Assembly (NCBI GenBank): GCA_013298185.1
Contig: JAAFJQ010000001.1
Span: 26,272-85,761 of the forward strand
DNA: 59,490 nt
Reading direction: 5' to 3'
Origin: Deinococcales bacterium
GTDB lineage: Bacteria; Deinococcota; Deinococci; Deinococcales; JAAFIG01
Made by a program: the position numbers and the translations under genes. How positions within the stretch are numbered: position 1 is the stretch's first letter; every line of letters starts with the position of its first letter. A model generated the notes under the pieces. It made no database searches and was not told where the DNA came from. It was given only the letters and a program-made list of their open reading frames with translations. Below are positions 35,170 to 45,268 of this stretch, one piece after another.

Positions 35170-36426
35170 ATGAAAAAGTGGCTTTTAGTGGCACTCGGCG
35201 CAGTTGTCGCAGGTGCAGGCGCAGCAGCAGTCATGGCTCAAGGCAGTGGCAAATTGGTGTACAACTCCAACGGCTCTGACCCCGCAGTTCGTAAATTCGA
35301 CGAAGAGCAAGTGGCTCGTTTCCAAAAGGCATACCCTGGCATCAACGTGACCCACAACACCGTGGATCACGAAGGTTTCAAGACCGCCATCCGCACCTAC
35401 TTGGCTTCGGATAATCCACCAGATGTGCTGACTTGGTTCGCTGGCAACCGTATGCGTGCCTTCTCGGAACGCGGTTTGGCAGCCGACATCGGCGATGTCT
35501 GGCAGAAAAATGGTTGGACCAAAGCATTCCCTAAGGGTATGCAAGAACTCTCCAAGTCAAACGGCAAGTTTGTGTTTGTGCCAACCAACTACTACTGGTG
35601 GGCTGTGTACTACCGCAAAGATATTTTTGCTAAGCTCGGCTTAAAAGAAGCCCAAACATGGACCCAATTCCTTGGTCTGTGCGACAGCCTCAACAAAGCA
35701 GGTATCACCCCAATCCTGACCGGCAGCAAGTTCCTGTGGCCCTTGGGTGGCTGGTTTGACTTCCTGAACATGCGCGTCAATGGACCAAAATTCCACTTTG
35801 ACCTGACCGACGGTAAAATCCCATACACCGACGCTCGAGTCCGCCGTGTTTTCACCTACTGGCGACAACTGCTTGACAAAAAGTGCTTTAACGACGACGC
35901 AGCCAGCTTGGATTGGCAAGATGCAGCCGCCGTCATGACCGCCGGTAAAGGTGGCATGTACCTGATGGGCGACTTCATCCGCGACCAATGGAAAGATGGT
36001 TTGGAAAAGAGCCAACTCGATTTCTTCCGCTTCCCAATCATTGATTCCAAGCAACCAGTCGGCGAAGAAGCCCCAACCGATGGTTACTTCCTCCCAGCCA
36101 AAGCACCGAATCTCGAGAATGCTAAGTTGTTCTTGGGTTACATCGCAGGCAAAGAGAACATGGAAGCTGGCGTGAAAGAACTCGGTCGCCTTGCTCCTCG
36201 TTCCGATGTGGATGCCAGCTTGTACGCTGCTAAGCCACAAATTGGCAAAGCCCAAAAGACGATCATTGACCGCGCCGATGCAATTGCTCAGTTCTACGAC
36301 CGTGACACCGATCCAGAAATGGCAAACATTGGCATGAAAGGCTTCCAAGAATTCATGTCCAACCCAAGCCAACTCGATGCTATTTTGAAGCGCCTCGAGG
36401 CTGCCCGCGCTCGTATCTTCAGATAA
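35170..36426 (+). CDS. Carbohydrate ABC transporter substrate-binding protein
   Basis: 418 aa with a signal peptide, family 1 SBP features (PDVLTWFAGNRM, YYWWAVYYRKDIF), and operon context with two permeases. Confidence 0.85.
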   Translation: MKKWLLVALGAVVAGAGAAAVMAQGSGKLVYNSNGSDPAVRKFDEEQVARFQKAYPGINVTHNTVDHEGFKTAIRTYLASDNPPDVLTWFAGNRMRAFSERGLAADIGDVWQKNGWTKAFPKGMQELSKSNGKFVFVPTNYYWWAVYYRKDIFAKLGLKEAQTWTQFLGLCDSLNKAGITPILTGSKFLWPLGGWFDFLNMRVNGPKFHFDLTDGKIPYTDARVRRVFTYWRQLLDKKCFNDDAASLDWQDAAAVMTAGKGGMYLMGDFIRDQWKDGLEKSQLDFFRFPIIDSKQPVGEEAPTDGYFLPAKAPNLENAKLFLGYIAGKENMEAGVKELGRLAPRSDVDASLYAAKPQIGKAQKTIIDRADAIAQFYDRDTDPEMANIGMKGFQEFMSNPSQLDAILKRLEAARARIFR

Positions 36427-36441
36427 ACCCACCTGTCTGGA

Positions 36442-36480
36442 AAAGCCCCGCCCTCGGATTCGGGGGTGGGGCTTTTTGGT
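36442..36480 (+). terminator. Intra-operon terminator/attenuator hairpin after the SBP gene
   Basis: AAAGCCCCGCCC-tcggattc-GGGGGTGGGGCTTT followed by a T run. Confidence 0.6.
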
Positions 36481-36530
36481 TCAAAAGGTGTAGACTTTTA
36501 CACACATAAACTCGAGAAGGAGGATTTTGT

Positions 36531-37451
36531 ATGGTTCAAACCCCGATTCGCACCGTCAACCGGCAACAGCGTGCGTTTAACCAATTCCTGGCTATTTTTT
36601 CGTTCTTGGCAGTGCCGCTCCTGCTGTATACCGTTTGGGTGATCTACCCAACTTTTCGCACCCTGTATTTGTCCTTGACCGATTGGGATGGCTTACCAGG
36701 ACCAATTAATTTTGTGGGTTTAGAAAATTTTCAGCGCCTAATCACTGAAGAACCATTTCAAAAATCAATCGTCAATAACATACTCTGGATTATTGTTTTT
36801 ATCACCGTACCAACCAGTTTAGGGTTGGGTTTAGCCATGGTCTTAAATACTGAAGTCAAATTTGATCGGTTTCTGAAAGTTGCTTATTACTTGCCACTGG
36901 TGCTGGCAACTGTGGTGGCGGCATTGGTCTGGGCGCGAGGTGTGTACAGCCCTCGAGAAGGTTTGCTGAACAGCTTCTTAGCCCTTTTTATGGGGGATGC
37001 TGCTTATAAAATCCAGTGGCTTGGCGACCCGAACTTAGCCATTTGGAGCGTGATTGGCGCTGCCGTCTGGCGACAAGTTGGTTATGTGATGATCCTGTAC
37101 TTAGCGGGCTTAAAAACCGTGGATGCCGAAGTTCTCGAGGCAGCCAAAATGGATGGGGCAGAAGGCTGGACACTGTTTCGTTACATGGTCTTTCCAATGC
37201 TTGCGCCTGTCACCACGATTGTTGTGGTGATTAGCGTGATTGACAGTTTGCGTTCGTTTGACATGGTCAACATCATGACCCGAGGTGGTCCTTTTGACTC
37301 GAGCAATGTACTCGCCAATTACATGTACCTTTCTTTTGAAGATTACCGCATGGGTTACGCTGCCAGTATTGCTGTGGTGTTGTTTGCCATTAGTTTGGTC
37401 TTTATTTTCTTTTACTTAAGAGAAGTCATGCGACAGGAGGAAGGACAATGA
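36531..37451 (+). CDS. Carbohydrate ABC transporter permease (MalF/UgpA-like)
   Basis: 306 aa with 6 TM segments and the EAA-type loop EAAKMDGAEGWTLFRYMVFP. Confidence 0.85.
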   Translation: MVQTPIRTVNRQQRAFNQFLAIFSFLAVPLLLYTVWVIYPTFRTLYLSLTDWDGLPGPINFVGLENFQRLITEEPFQKSIVNNILWIIVFITVPTSLGLGLAMVLNTEVKFDRFLKVAYYLPLVLATVVAALVWARGVYSPREGLLNSFLALFMGDAAYKIQWLGDPNLAIWSVIGAAVWRQVGYVMILYLAGLKTVDAEVLEAAKMDGAEGWTLFRYMVFPMLAPVTTIVVVISVIDSLRSFDMVNIMTRGGPFDSSNVLANYMYLSFEDYRMGYAASIAVVLFAISLVFIFFYLREVMRQEEGQ

Positions 37452-38320
37452 GTGCCACCGCCCAAGAAATTCCCAGCGTCACCTCGAGCCGCAAACCAAG
37501 AAAAGGCGTTCACCCTGTGATTTTAGCAGTGGTTTGGATTGGTGCGCTCGTCTGGTTGATTCCCATCGTTGGCTCGGTGCTGACCAGTTTTCGCAGCTTT
37601 GAAGATTTCACCAGCAATGGTTTTTGGAGCATCCCCGAAAGCCTCACCCTGAACAACTATATCAAAGCATGGGGACAGATGGGGATTGATAAATACCTCC
37701 TAAACAGCTTTATCATCACCATCCCTGCCCTGATTGGCTGCATCATGCTTGCCAGCATGTGCGCTTATGCGCTAGTGCGCTTTCAGTTTAAGCTGGCTAA
37801 GCCACTCTACTTTATGTTTGTTGGTGGACTTTTGTTGCCATTTCAAATGCTGCTGCTGCCCGTGTTTCGCCTGACCAACGACCTTGGCATTCACAACACA
37901 TACTGGGCATTGATTTTCTTTCACACCGCTTTTCAGTTGGCGTTTTCGACTTTTGTGCTTCGTAACTTCATGAAAACCGTTCCTGCCAGCCTGTTTGAAA
38001 GCGCGATGATAGACGGCGCTGGCGAATGGACAATTTTTTTAAGAATTGCTTTCCCGTTGATGCTGCCCGGTATTGCCAGCCTAGCCACCCTCGAGTTTAC
38101 TTGGATTTTCAATGATTACCTCTGGGCGCTGGTGTTGGTCACTGACAATGCGCTGAAACCAATCACCACGGGCTTAGCCAACCTGCGCGGACAGTTCACC
38201 ACTGATTACCCGTTAATTGTCGCAGGTAGCATCATTGCTTGCACCCCAACCCTGATTGTCTTCTTTGCCCTGCAACGCTACTTCATTGGCGGTCTGACAG
38301 TTGGAGCAACCAAGGGCTAA
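37448..38320 (+). CDS. Carbohydrate ABC transporter permease (MalG/UgpE-like)
   Basis: 290 aa with the EAA loop ESAMIDGAGEWTIFLRIAFP. A 4-nt overlap joins it to the upstream permease. Confidence 0.85.
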   Translation: MSATAQEIPSVTSSRKPRKGVHPVILAVVWIGALVWLIPIVGSVLTSFRSFEDFTSNGFWSIPESLTLNNYIKAWGQMGIDKYLLNSFIITIPALIGCIMLASMCAYALVRFQFKLAKPLYFMFVGGLLLPFQMLLLPVFRLTNDLGIHNTYWALIFFHTAFQLAFSTFVLRNFMKTVPASLFESAMIDGAGEWTIFLRIAFPLMLPGIASLATLEFTWIFNDYLWALVLVTDNALKPITTGLANLRGQFTTDYPLIVAGSIIACTPTLIVFFALQRYFIGGLTVGATKG

Positions 38321-38323
38321 AGC

Positions 38324-38403
38324 CCTGACGAAAGGCGAAGGCGAAAGGACGAAGGCTTTGGTTTTGCCTTCGTCCTTCTTCTTTTTTCCTTCGTCAGGTT
38401 TTT
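38324..38403 (+). terminator. Long terminator hairpin built from ACGAAGG/CCTTCGT heptamer units
   Basis: The 33-nt arms are CCTGACGAAAGGCGAAGGCGAAAGGACGAAGGC and GCCTTCGTCCTTCTTCTTTTTTCCTTCGTCAGG (outer 9 bp and inner 11 bp perfect), followed by TTTTT. A further CCTTCGT lies at 38410-38416. Confidence 0.7.
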
Positions 38404-38446
38404 CTTTTTCCTTCGTCAAGCCCTTGATTCTGTTAGACTCGAGGTA

Positions 38447-38893
38447 ATGTCTCACATGGAATTTGCAGTTTTTGACCCAACCTTACCCGAGCGCCGTTTT
38501 CACCAACAACACTTTTTGGTTGCCCCAGAAGACATAGACGAACTCGAGCATGTGAATAACAGCGTGTACTTGCGTTACGCTGACCGTGCGGCAATGATTC
38601 ATGCTGAGCGCATCGGCGCAAGTTTTATGTTTATGAAACAGCATGGAATTATTCCAGTGGTGCATGACCACAGCATCAAGTACCACAAGCCAGCCGTGCT
38701 AGGCGATACGTTGGTGGACAGCACTTGGACAGCCGAATGCGCGGGTTTCAGGGCAGTGCGTTACCACGAAATGCGAAGACTCGAGGATGGGGCGTTACTG
38801 GCGCAAATCAAAACCAATTGGGTTTGGATAGACCCCATCTCGAGCCGTCCAAAGCGTATTCCAGCCGTGATTCTCGAGGCATTTGGGTTTTGA
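38447..38893 (+). CDS. Acyl-CoA thioesterase, 4HBT/YbgC (hotdog fold) family
   Basis: ..VAPEDIDELEHVNNSVYLRYADRAA.. is typical of the 4HBT catalytic region; 148 aa. Confidence 0.7.
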   Translation: MSHMEFAVFDPTLPERRFHQQHFLVAPEDIDELEHVNNSVYLRYADRAAMIHAERIGASFMFMKQHGIIPVVHDHSIKYHKPAVLGDTLVDSTWTAECAGFRAVRYHEMRRLEDGALLAQIKTNWVWIDPISSRPKRIPAVILEAFGF

Positions 38894-39095
38894 ATTGCTC
38901 GAGTTGGCAAAGGCTCGGGGTTAAACCACATTCAAGCCTGCACCGCTGGCTCGAGAGAAGAATTTAAGCGGTGCGGGGACGACTCGGCAGGTGTACCACC
39001 ACTCGAGTGAACCGAATTCGTTTTGGCATCACTGCCCTCGAGCTGCTTTACAAAAAGCGAAAATCCTCGTCAAAGCCACATATTTATAGATTGAT

Positions 39096-40181
39096 TCACG
39101 CAGAATTCCACAGTTTCAACAGTGCTTGCTCGGTCAGCATTTCTTCAGGCACGCGATGTCCCATTTCGAGGATGTGTTGCACTTCATGGCGAACTTCAAG
39201 TGCTAGCCACTCGAGTGCCAAAGGGTTTGGTTTGAGATCTTTGCCAGGGAATCCATCAGGTGAATTGATGCTGGGTTCGCACAATGCGTCCAGCATCAGA
39301 CGATGAATACTGCTGGCAGGAGTGACAGAGGGCAAGCCATGTTTTTGCGCTTTGATGCTGGCGCTCTGCGGAATGGAAATGCCTTTCCAATCCAAATCGC
39401 CAACGTATTCGATGCGCTCGAGCTTGCTACCCATATCATTTTCTATATTGGCGAAATCGCGGACAGAATCTACGAAGCCACCACCATACCCAAAGGCGAT
39501 GATGCCGTAAGGTGATTGCTTTACTCCAATCAGGCGCAAGGTTTGCAGTGCTAAGTTGTACGGGCTTTTGTTCTCAAAAACAATGGCAACAGGTCGTCCG
39601 CCAACCTTTTGATATGTGATTGGCAAGATGTCAGAACTGACATTTAAATCTTCAATCCCTAGTTTTCCAATGCCAAATAAAGTCTTTCGTTCAAACAATG
39701 TAGCCAATTTTTTTTCTTGTTTTGTCAGTTGAATCGAACGGTGTTTTGGCGAAACCCGTGTCTCGAACCAATGCTCGAGAAACCCTTGTTGAATTTTCAA
39801 AAGAAAGGCGCTGTCCTCGTCTGAAAGACTGTCCATGTCCGCAACCCATTCGAGTTTGGGATGCCAATAATGCTGTTTCCACCACAGGTCTTTTGGGGCG
39901 CTAGGCAGCTGCACTTGTGTGACTTGTGTTGGCAGAGGCGGGTTGCCATGATCCCAGCGCTTGCCAGTGGTGCTAGGCAAACGAATGACATTGGCTCGTT
40001 CAGCCATTCGCAATGCCTCGAGCAGCCAATCACGGCGTACCGAAATCCCTGGTCGGTGGGCGAAGACTTCCATGAATACTTGCCGCAAAACTTTGAGTGG
40101 AATGGTGGTGTTTTTCAATTGCAGGTCACGCAATAGTTGTGTAAATTCAGCAAAGTATTTTGGGTCAACGTCAACCGTCAT
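39096..40181 (-). CDS. jetD: JetD/MksG-like Toprim-domain nuclease subunit of a Wadjet-like system
   Basis: 361 aa. The C-terminal half has a Toprim-type Glu (AIVFENKSPY) and DxD (IEYVGDLDWKGISI). It is the last gene of a 4-gene coupled operon that includes an SMC-like ATPase, joined by an ATGA overlap. Confidence 0.7.
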   Translation of the reverse strand: MTVDVDPKYFAEFTQLLRDLQLKNTTIPLKVLRQVFMEVFAHRPGISVRRDWLLEALRMAERANVIRLPSTTGKRWDHGNPPLPTQVTQVQLPSAPKDLWWKQHYWHPKLEWVADMDSLSDEDSAFLLKIQQGFLEHWFETRVSPKHRSIQLTKQEKKLATLFERKTLFGIGKLGIEDLNVSSDILPITYQKVGGRPVAIVFENKSPYNLALQTLRLIGVKQSPYGIIAFGYGGGFVDSVRDFANIENDMGSKLERIEYVGDLDWKGISIPQSASIKAQKHGLPSVTPASSIHRLMLDALCEPSINSPDGFPGKDLKPNPLALEWLALEVRHEVQHILEMGHRVPEEMLTEQALLKLWNSA

Positions 40182-43100
40182 GTGTTTTCTCCTTGTGTTG
40201 GATCGGGTCGGATCATCCTTGCTGCCTCCAACAGATGATCGTTCCCACTGCGACGTTCGTTCCGTAAACGCACGATGTTTGGCATGGTACGCAATGCCTC
40301 GAGGTCATTGACACCCGTGGCGTAAATCAGTTGGATGTTCATGGTTTGGGCAGCCGCACGTTGTAACTCCAGAAATTTGGCACGCGAGACCGTCCCGACA
40401 GGATTATCGAGCAGCAGTGTACTCGAGGAATTTTTCTGCCCTCGGGCTTTGACCCGTTGCTGCGCCAAAGCGCAGTACAACAACACCGCACTGGTCAGGC
40501 GTTCGCCACCGCTTTCTTTTGCCATGCTGGTGATGGGTATGTATCTGGCTTCAGCATCGGTATCTGGGAACAGCACTTCGACCCGAAAAGGTTGTGCAAG
40601 TTTACGCACGGCACGTTGTATCAATTTCAGACCATCTAAGCGCAAGCCTTCTCGAGTGATGTCGTCAATCAGTGTGCCAATGCGTTCACGCTGGTCTCGA
40701 GGTGAATCGGTAACTGACATTTGAATTCGCAAAAAACGATGTCCGGCTAGGCTACCGCTGGCGGGTACATGATCAAGTTTGGAATGTCGTTGTAAATCTG
40801 CCAGCATCTTGATGCCAACTTCTGCAACTTGTGAAGTCTCTTCGATGATTAAATTGCGATGGTGTTCGCTTTCGACCAAAGCGTTGCGAATGGTTTGCGC
40901 TCGTACTTCGAGGTCGTGCAACAGTGTGTCAATCTCCGTTTCGAGGTTTTCGGGTTGCCATGCACTCAAAGGTGTTACAAAGCCGAAGTTAAACCCAATT
41001 AGGCACTGCATATACTGCTGATGAATTGCAGTGCGTTTCTCGAGTAAATCTGTACGATCACGGGCTGCTTTTTTGAGGGTTTTTTCCAAATCACGGTAAA
41101 GGCGTTCAAGTTCTTCATCCAAAGGAGCAACCCATGTAGATTGATCTGGTTGGAGTACATCTGAAAGAGCTTCTTGGTGATCCTCAAGTAAAACATTTAG
41201 ACTGCTTTGTAAACCCTTGAGTTTGTCTTGCTGGGATTGTAAGTGCTGTTTGAGTTCAGTGTATTGCTGTATCTGAGCTTGGGCTGTTTGCGCTTGGGCT
41301 TGAGCTGTGGTTATGGCTGTCTGAGCTTTGCTTGCCAATTGGTTCAGTGCATCAACCTCAAGCTCCAACTCATGTGCTGGTAATTTCAGATCAACCACAT
41401 GATTGCGCTCATGCTGACTTAATTCATTTTCGGCAATTTGCAATTGCACATGGCTCGAGCCGAGCTGAGTTTGCAGGGCAAACCCGTGTTGCACGGCTTC
41501 CTCGAGTTTTGTGGAAATACTTGATTGGCTGTGGTCAGCAATCGTTCCGAGTGCAGCGCGAATCTCGTGTTCTTCAATGTTTTGGTCTCTTTCATACTCG
41601 TAGTGCTTGGAGGCTTTGTCTCGAGCATTCTGGGCATTTTGCAGTTCAATCTGCAATTTGTTGCCTTGGTTTTTTGTTTCTAAGTGTTCACTTAGTCGTT
41701 TGTAGGTATCGCGTAACTGATCCACATGTCCAGCCACAGGTTCGGGTGGCTCGCCTTCGAGGTATTTGAGGTTTTTGCGTTCACGCTCGTCATCTTCAGC
41801 CGCTCGAGTTAAGCCTTGTGCCGCATCTTCGAGGGTTCTCACTTGGTTTACCAAGGTTTCCTTGGTTGCTTCAAAACGTTTAGCGGCTTCAGATTGATCT
41901 TTTGCTCGTTGCATTTGTTCCACCAGAGCCTGTTGCCGTTTCTGTTCGGCTTCATCCGTGCCGTGCTGTTCGATGTGCGACTCGAGTCGCCGTACATGGT
42001 CTTTTGCGGTGTTGAATGCCTGTTGCAAGTGGTCGCGTTGCTGCTCGAGGCTTTGGATGCGATTTGCTACAACTTGTCGCTTTAGCGTTAGCTCACCCAG
42101 GCGCTCAGTACAGGCTTTGTGGTGTTTTTGTACCATCAGCAATTCGGTCTCTTGAGTGGTAAACCAGGCTTCTGGGTATTGTTCCAGAAAGCGTTCGAGC
42201 AGATCGGCAGTATCACGCCATTGCAGTGATTCTTGTTCGATGGTTTCATGCCGCAAACGTTCTCGTCGCGCTTGTATCTCGCGTTCTTGGTGTTCACGTT
42301 CGGCGGCTTCGGGGTCAAAATGTGCATCGCTGCTTGGTCCGACCACAAAGCGTTGAGCGGCTCGTGCAGCAAACACAGCTTCATCTGCATTGGCGTTGAA
42401 CGCATCGGTGCGACGTGCAATCACCACTGGTGAATCCAAGCGGTCAGCCATATTTTCAAGGGCGACTTTGGCTTTCTCAAAATGTGCATCACGGATCAAG
42501 ACACCCTGCATCAGTTCTGGATGACGAGCGATGAAGGCTCGAGCCTGATCGCGTGGAACAACTTGGCTCAGGTGTGTCCAACCCGCGCTGGCTTGCACTT
42601 CATGGCTTTCAAGCACCCGCAGCACGGTTCTTAAATCGCGTGTTGGTGGCAAGCGTTTATGGGTTTCGAGGTGTTGCAACGCATCTGCGTGGTTGATCAA
42701 ACTCGCCTTGATTTCGCGCATCCGACTTTCGGCGTTGGATCTGTGGTCGCGCAGTTTGCCAAGCGTAATGTTGTTCAGCACCGACGCATCAATCAACTCA
42801 AATTCTAAGGCTCGAGCCAGCATCGGATGCTGCTCGAGTGTTTCACGCGCAGCTCGAGCAAGACTGAGTTGCTGCGTCAAGTTGGTTTCCTGAGTTGCTA
42901 CCTCAAGTGTTTGTTGTTTGGTATCGTTGAATTGCTGCTCGAGTAAGGACTGTTCAGAGCGTTGTTGTACCATTTCACCGCTGATGGCTTCGATTTCAAA
43001 TTCATGCTGGGCAACCGCACCTTGCCATCGTTCGAGCGCAACCAAAATACCCTCTGTTGGCTCGAGGGTATCCGTGGCTTGCAGCTTACTTTGAGAGGCA

Positions 43101-44530
43101 TTGAACTGTTCAAGTTGCTTTGTGAGTGCTTCGGCATTCACATTGGCACGCACAGCCTGTTCACGGGCTTGAATTGCTGCTGCTTGGGTTTGATTCGCCT
43201 CGAGTTGGATCTTTTCTGCTTGCTTTGATTTTTCAACAGCAAGCAATCGGGTTGTTTGAGCGCGAGCGCCTAAGGCTTCAGACAATTGACGGGCAGCAAC
43301 CTGCACAGCTTTGATGTCAGGCGCAAGTTTTCGTTGTTGTTGTGTGAACAGTTCGTTTAATTCTTGAATGCTTGCATGGCAACGTTGAAGCTCGACAAAA
43401 GGTATGGCTGCTTTCCAGATCAAACGGAGCCGCTCTGCCTTTTTCTGATCAACCGTTAAGGCATCGTGCAATGCCTTGCATTGACGTTGCCGTTGTACCA
43501 GCGCATGGCGTTGCAGCATCAGCATTCTGGCGTGCTGCTGTTGCTCGCTGGTCTGAGCCGTCAACAAGTCTTGTCGCGCCTGCGACTCGAGGCTCGAGGT
43601 CAGTGAAAGCCGTTGGGTATTGGACAGCACACGGCTGATGATGTGTGTTGCCAACGCTTGCAAATGGATTTTCAGCTCCCCCAGCAAGCGCCGATTCTCC
43701 AAGCGCTGAAATGCCAAGGCACGCATGGGTTGTAGCGTCAGGATCAGTCGGTCAATCAACTCGAGGCTGGGTTGGAATTCCTCAAGCCGTTCGCGCAACC
43801 CAGTCTGAAATTGACTCAAATTGCGTGCAAGTGCCACTCCGCGTTCGCTTGGCACGGTCAATTCCAAAAAGAAATCCACAAATTGATCCATGTCCTTGAA
43901 ACGAAACAACTCATCTGCGCTGCCCTCACGGGTGTTCATGCGTTGCTGGTACAAAAACAATTCTGAGTCAATTCGCGCTTCACGCTCGAGGGCTTGTCGC
44001 CATTCTTGATGGTTTTCAAACTCATGCCCGTTCAACTGCGGATTGGTACTGAGGAGGTTCTGCCAAGCCTGCTTAAAACCACGCAACGTCAGGCGCTTGC
44101 CTGACTCATCCCAAAACGGAAAGTCGGTGAATTGCAGTAAGGGTGCTTGCGCCTGTGCCGAAAAAAAGACACGCTCGAGCTTATCGTTTCGCCATTGGTA
44201 AAAACCACCTGTCCAGAACCACTGCTCGGGTTGATGTGGCGCTGTATCCAGTTGCCATTGCGCCAACACCACAGCTTGATCATCGGGCAAGACATAATCC
44301 TCGAGGGTGCGATCACCCTGTTCGGCACGCGTCCCAAGGAAGCTGCGCCGATTTGGGTTTAACAGCGAAAAGAATAAAGTCAAAAGTGAGGATTTACCAC
44401 CACCATTGCGTAGCCACAAAATCGAATCCAAAGCTTGTCCATCAGGGTCGCACAACTCGAGTCGCAAGTCCTGCATCCGAGCATTGCTGTGTCCAATGTT
44501 GAGAAAATACAAGCGTGACAATTTCGGCAT
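40178..44530 (-). CDS. jetC: SMC/MukB-like ATPase (JetC/MksB-like), unusually long
   Basis: 1450 aa. The N-terminal P-loop is WLRNGGGKSSLLTLFFSLL. More than 1000 aa of Q/E/L-rich coiled coil follow. The C-terminus has the signature KESGGERLT and Walker B STLLLDNP. Confidence 0.8.
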   Translation of the reverse strand: MPKLSRLYFLNIGHSNARMQDLRLELCDPDGQALDSILWLRNGGGKSSLLTLFFSLLNPNRRSFLGTRAEQGDRTLEDYVLPDDQAVVLAQWQLDTAPHQPEQWFWTGGFYQWRNDKLERVFFSAQAQAPLLQFTDFPFWDESGKRLTLRGFKQAWQNLLSTNPQLNGHEFENHQEWRQALEREARIDSELFLYQQRMNTREGSADELFRFKDMDQFVDFFLELTVPSERGVALARNLSQFQTGLRERLEEFQPSLELIDRLILTLQPMRALAFQRLENRRLLGELKIHLQALATHIISRVLSNTQRLSLTSSLESQARQDLLTAQTSEQQQHARMLMLQRHALVQRQRQCKALHDALTVDQKKAERLRLIWKAAIPFVELQRCHASIQELNELFTQQQRKLAPDIKAVQVAARQLSEALGARAQTTRLLAVEKSKQAEKIQLEANQTQAAAIQAREQAVRANVNAEALTKQLEQFNASQSKLQATDTLEPTEGILVALERWQGAVAQHEFEIEAISGEMVQQRSEQSLLEQQFNDTKQQTLEVATQETNLTQQLSLARAARETLEQHPMLARALEFELIDASVLNNITLGKLRDHRSNAESRMREIKASLINHADALQHLETHKRLPPTRDLRTVLRVLESHEVQASAGWTHLSQVVPRDQARAFIARHPELMQGVLIRDAHFEKAKVALENMADRLDSPVVIARRTDAFNANADEAVFAARAAQRFVVGPSSDAHFDPEAAEREHQEREIQARRERLRHETIEQESLQWRDTADLLERFLEQYPEAWFTTQETELLMVQKHHKACTERLGELTLKRQVVANRIQSLEQQRDHLQQAFNTAKDHVRRLESHIEQHGTDEAEQKRQQALVEQMQRAKDQSEAAKRFEATKETLVNQVRTLEDAAQGLTRAAEDDERERKNLKYLEGEPPEPVAGHVDQLRDTYKRLSEHLETKNQGNKLQIELQNAQNARDKASKHYEYERDQNIEEHEIRAALGTIADHSQSSISTKLEEAVQHGFALQTQLGSSHVQLQIAENELSQHERNHVVDLKLPAHELELEVDALNQLASKAQTAITTAQAQAQTAQAQIQQYTELKQHLQSQQDKLKGLQSSLNVLLEDHQEALSDVLQPDQSTWVAPLDEELERLYRDLEKTLKKAARDRTDLLEKRTAIHQQYMQCLIGFNFGFVTPLSAWQPENLETEIDTLLHDLEVRAQTIRNALVESEHHRNLIIEETSQVAEVGIKMLADLQRHSKLDHVPASGSLAGHRFLRIQMSVTDSPRDQRERIGTLIDDITREGLRLDGLKLIQRAVRKLAQPFRVEVLFPDTDAEARYIPITSMAKESGGERLTSAVLLYCALAQQRVKARGQKNSSSTLLLDNPVGTVSRAKFLELQRAAAQTMNIQLIYATGVNDLEALRTMPNIVRLRNERRSGNDHLLEAARMIRPDPTQGENT

Positions 44531-45268
44531 TCATACCACCTCGGATGGCTCTGAACGCAACGCTTTTTGAATGGCGGCGTACATGCGAGTAGCAGCAAAC
44601 TCTTGAACCAATAATGTATAACGAAACAATGGTATGTACTGACTGCCATTACGCTTAAAACAACGCTGCTTCACCAGATACTCGAGCGCATATTCAATCA
44701 TGCGCCGTGTGGTGTTGCTGGCTGCTCGATGGTCGCTGGTGCTGCGAGCGGCGGCGCGATTTTTGTAGACCCGCCAAGCCTCATAGATGCCTGCCGTGCT
44801 GGATTCTGGATCGGGTTGCCCTCGAGCGGCTTGCTCGAGCTTATCAACCAATTGTCGCAACGTCAGCTCGATTTCATCCACACTGATTGGGTTGCGTACC
44901 AGCATCGGATCAGCCAGTAGGTCTGTGGCTTTGGGATACACCGTTGCGGCAATCGCTACTTGAATCAGCCCATCAAGCAGGCGTGCATCTTCAGAAGCTG
45001 TACTGCCTAGACGATACTGCCCCACAGACACCGCAAAAACCGAATCTGGCAACGGCACAAGCACCAGACTTTGACCACGCCGCGCACCGCTCAATACGCT
45101 CAATCCCAAACCTGAAGCGATTGACGTGACCATTTCACGAAACTCATGTCGATCCAAATAACGCTCAAGCAGCGTAGCGTATTCTTCCGAACGGCTTGGA
45201 CTGCTCTCTGGTCGCAACGCCCATTGAATCAAACGAGCTGCATCAAAAGTGTCTTGGTTGGTATTCAC
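44531..45268 (-). CDS. jetB: JetB/MksE-position subunit (putative KITE protein); assignment by position and size
   Basis: 245 aa. The GTG start overlaps the upstream stop (GTGA) and its TGA abuts the jetC ATG. I did not recognise DUF4194 motifs with confidence. Confidence 0.45.
   Translation of the reverse strand: MNTNQDTFDAARLIQWALRPESSPSRSEEYATLLERYLDRHEFREMVTSIASGLGLSVLSGARRGQSLVLVPLPDSVFAVSVGQYRLGSTASEDARLLDGLIQVAIAATVYPKATDLLADPMLVRNPISVDEIELTLRQLVDKLEQAARGQPDPESSTAGIYEAWRVYKNRAAARSTSDHRAASNTTRRMIEYALEYLVKQRCFKRNGSQYIPLFRYTLLVQEFAATRMYAAIQKALRSEPSEVV

Noticed and set aside
38971-39306. A 111-aa + strand ORF between the thioesterase gene and jetD.
   Set aside because: It overlaps the 3' end of jetD in antisense and has Ser/Arg/Cys-rich, non-protein-like composition.
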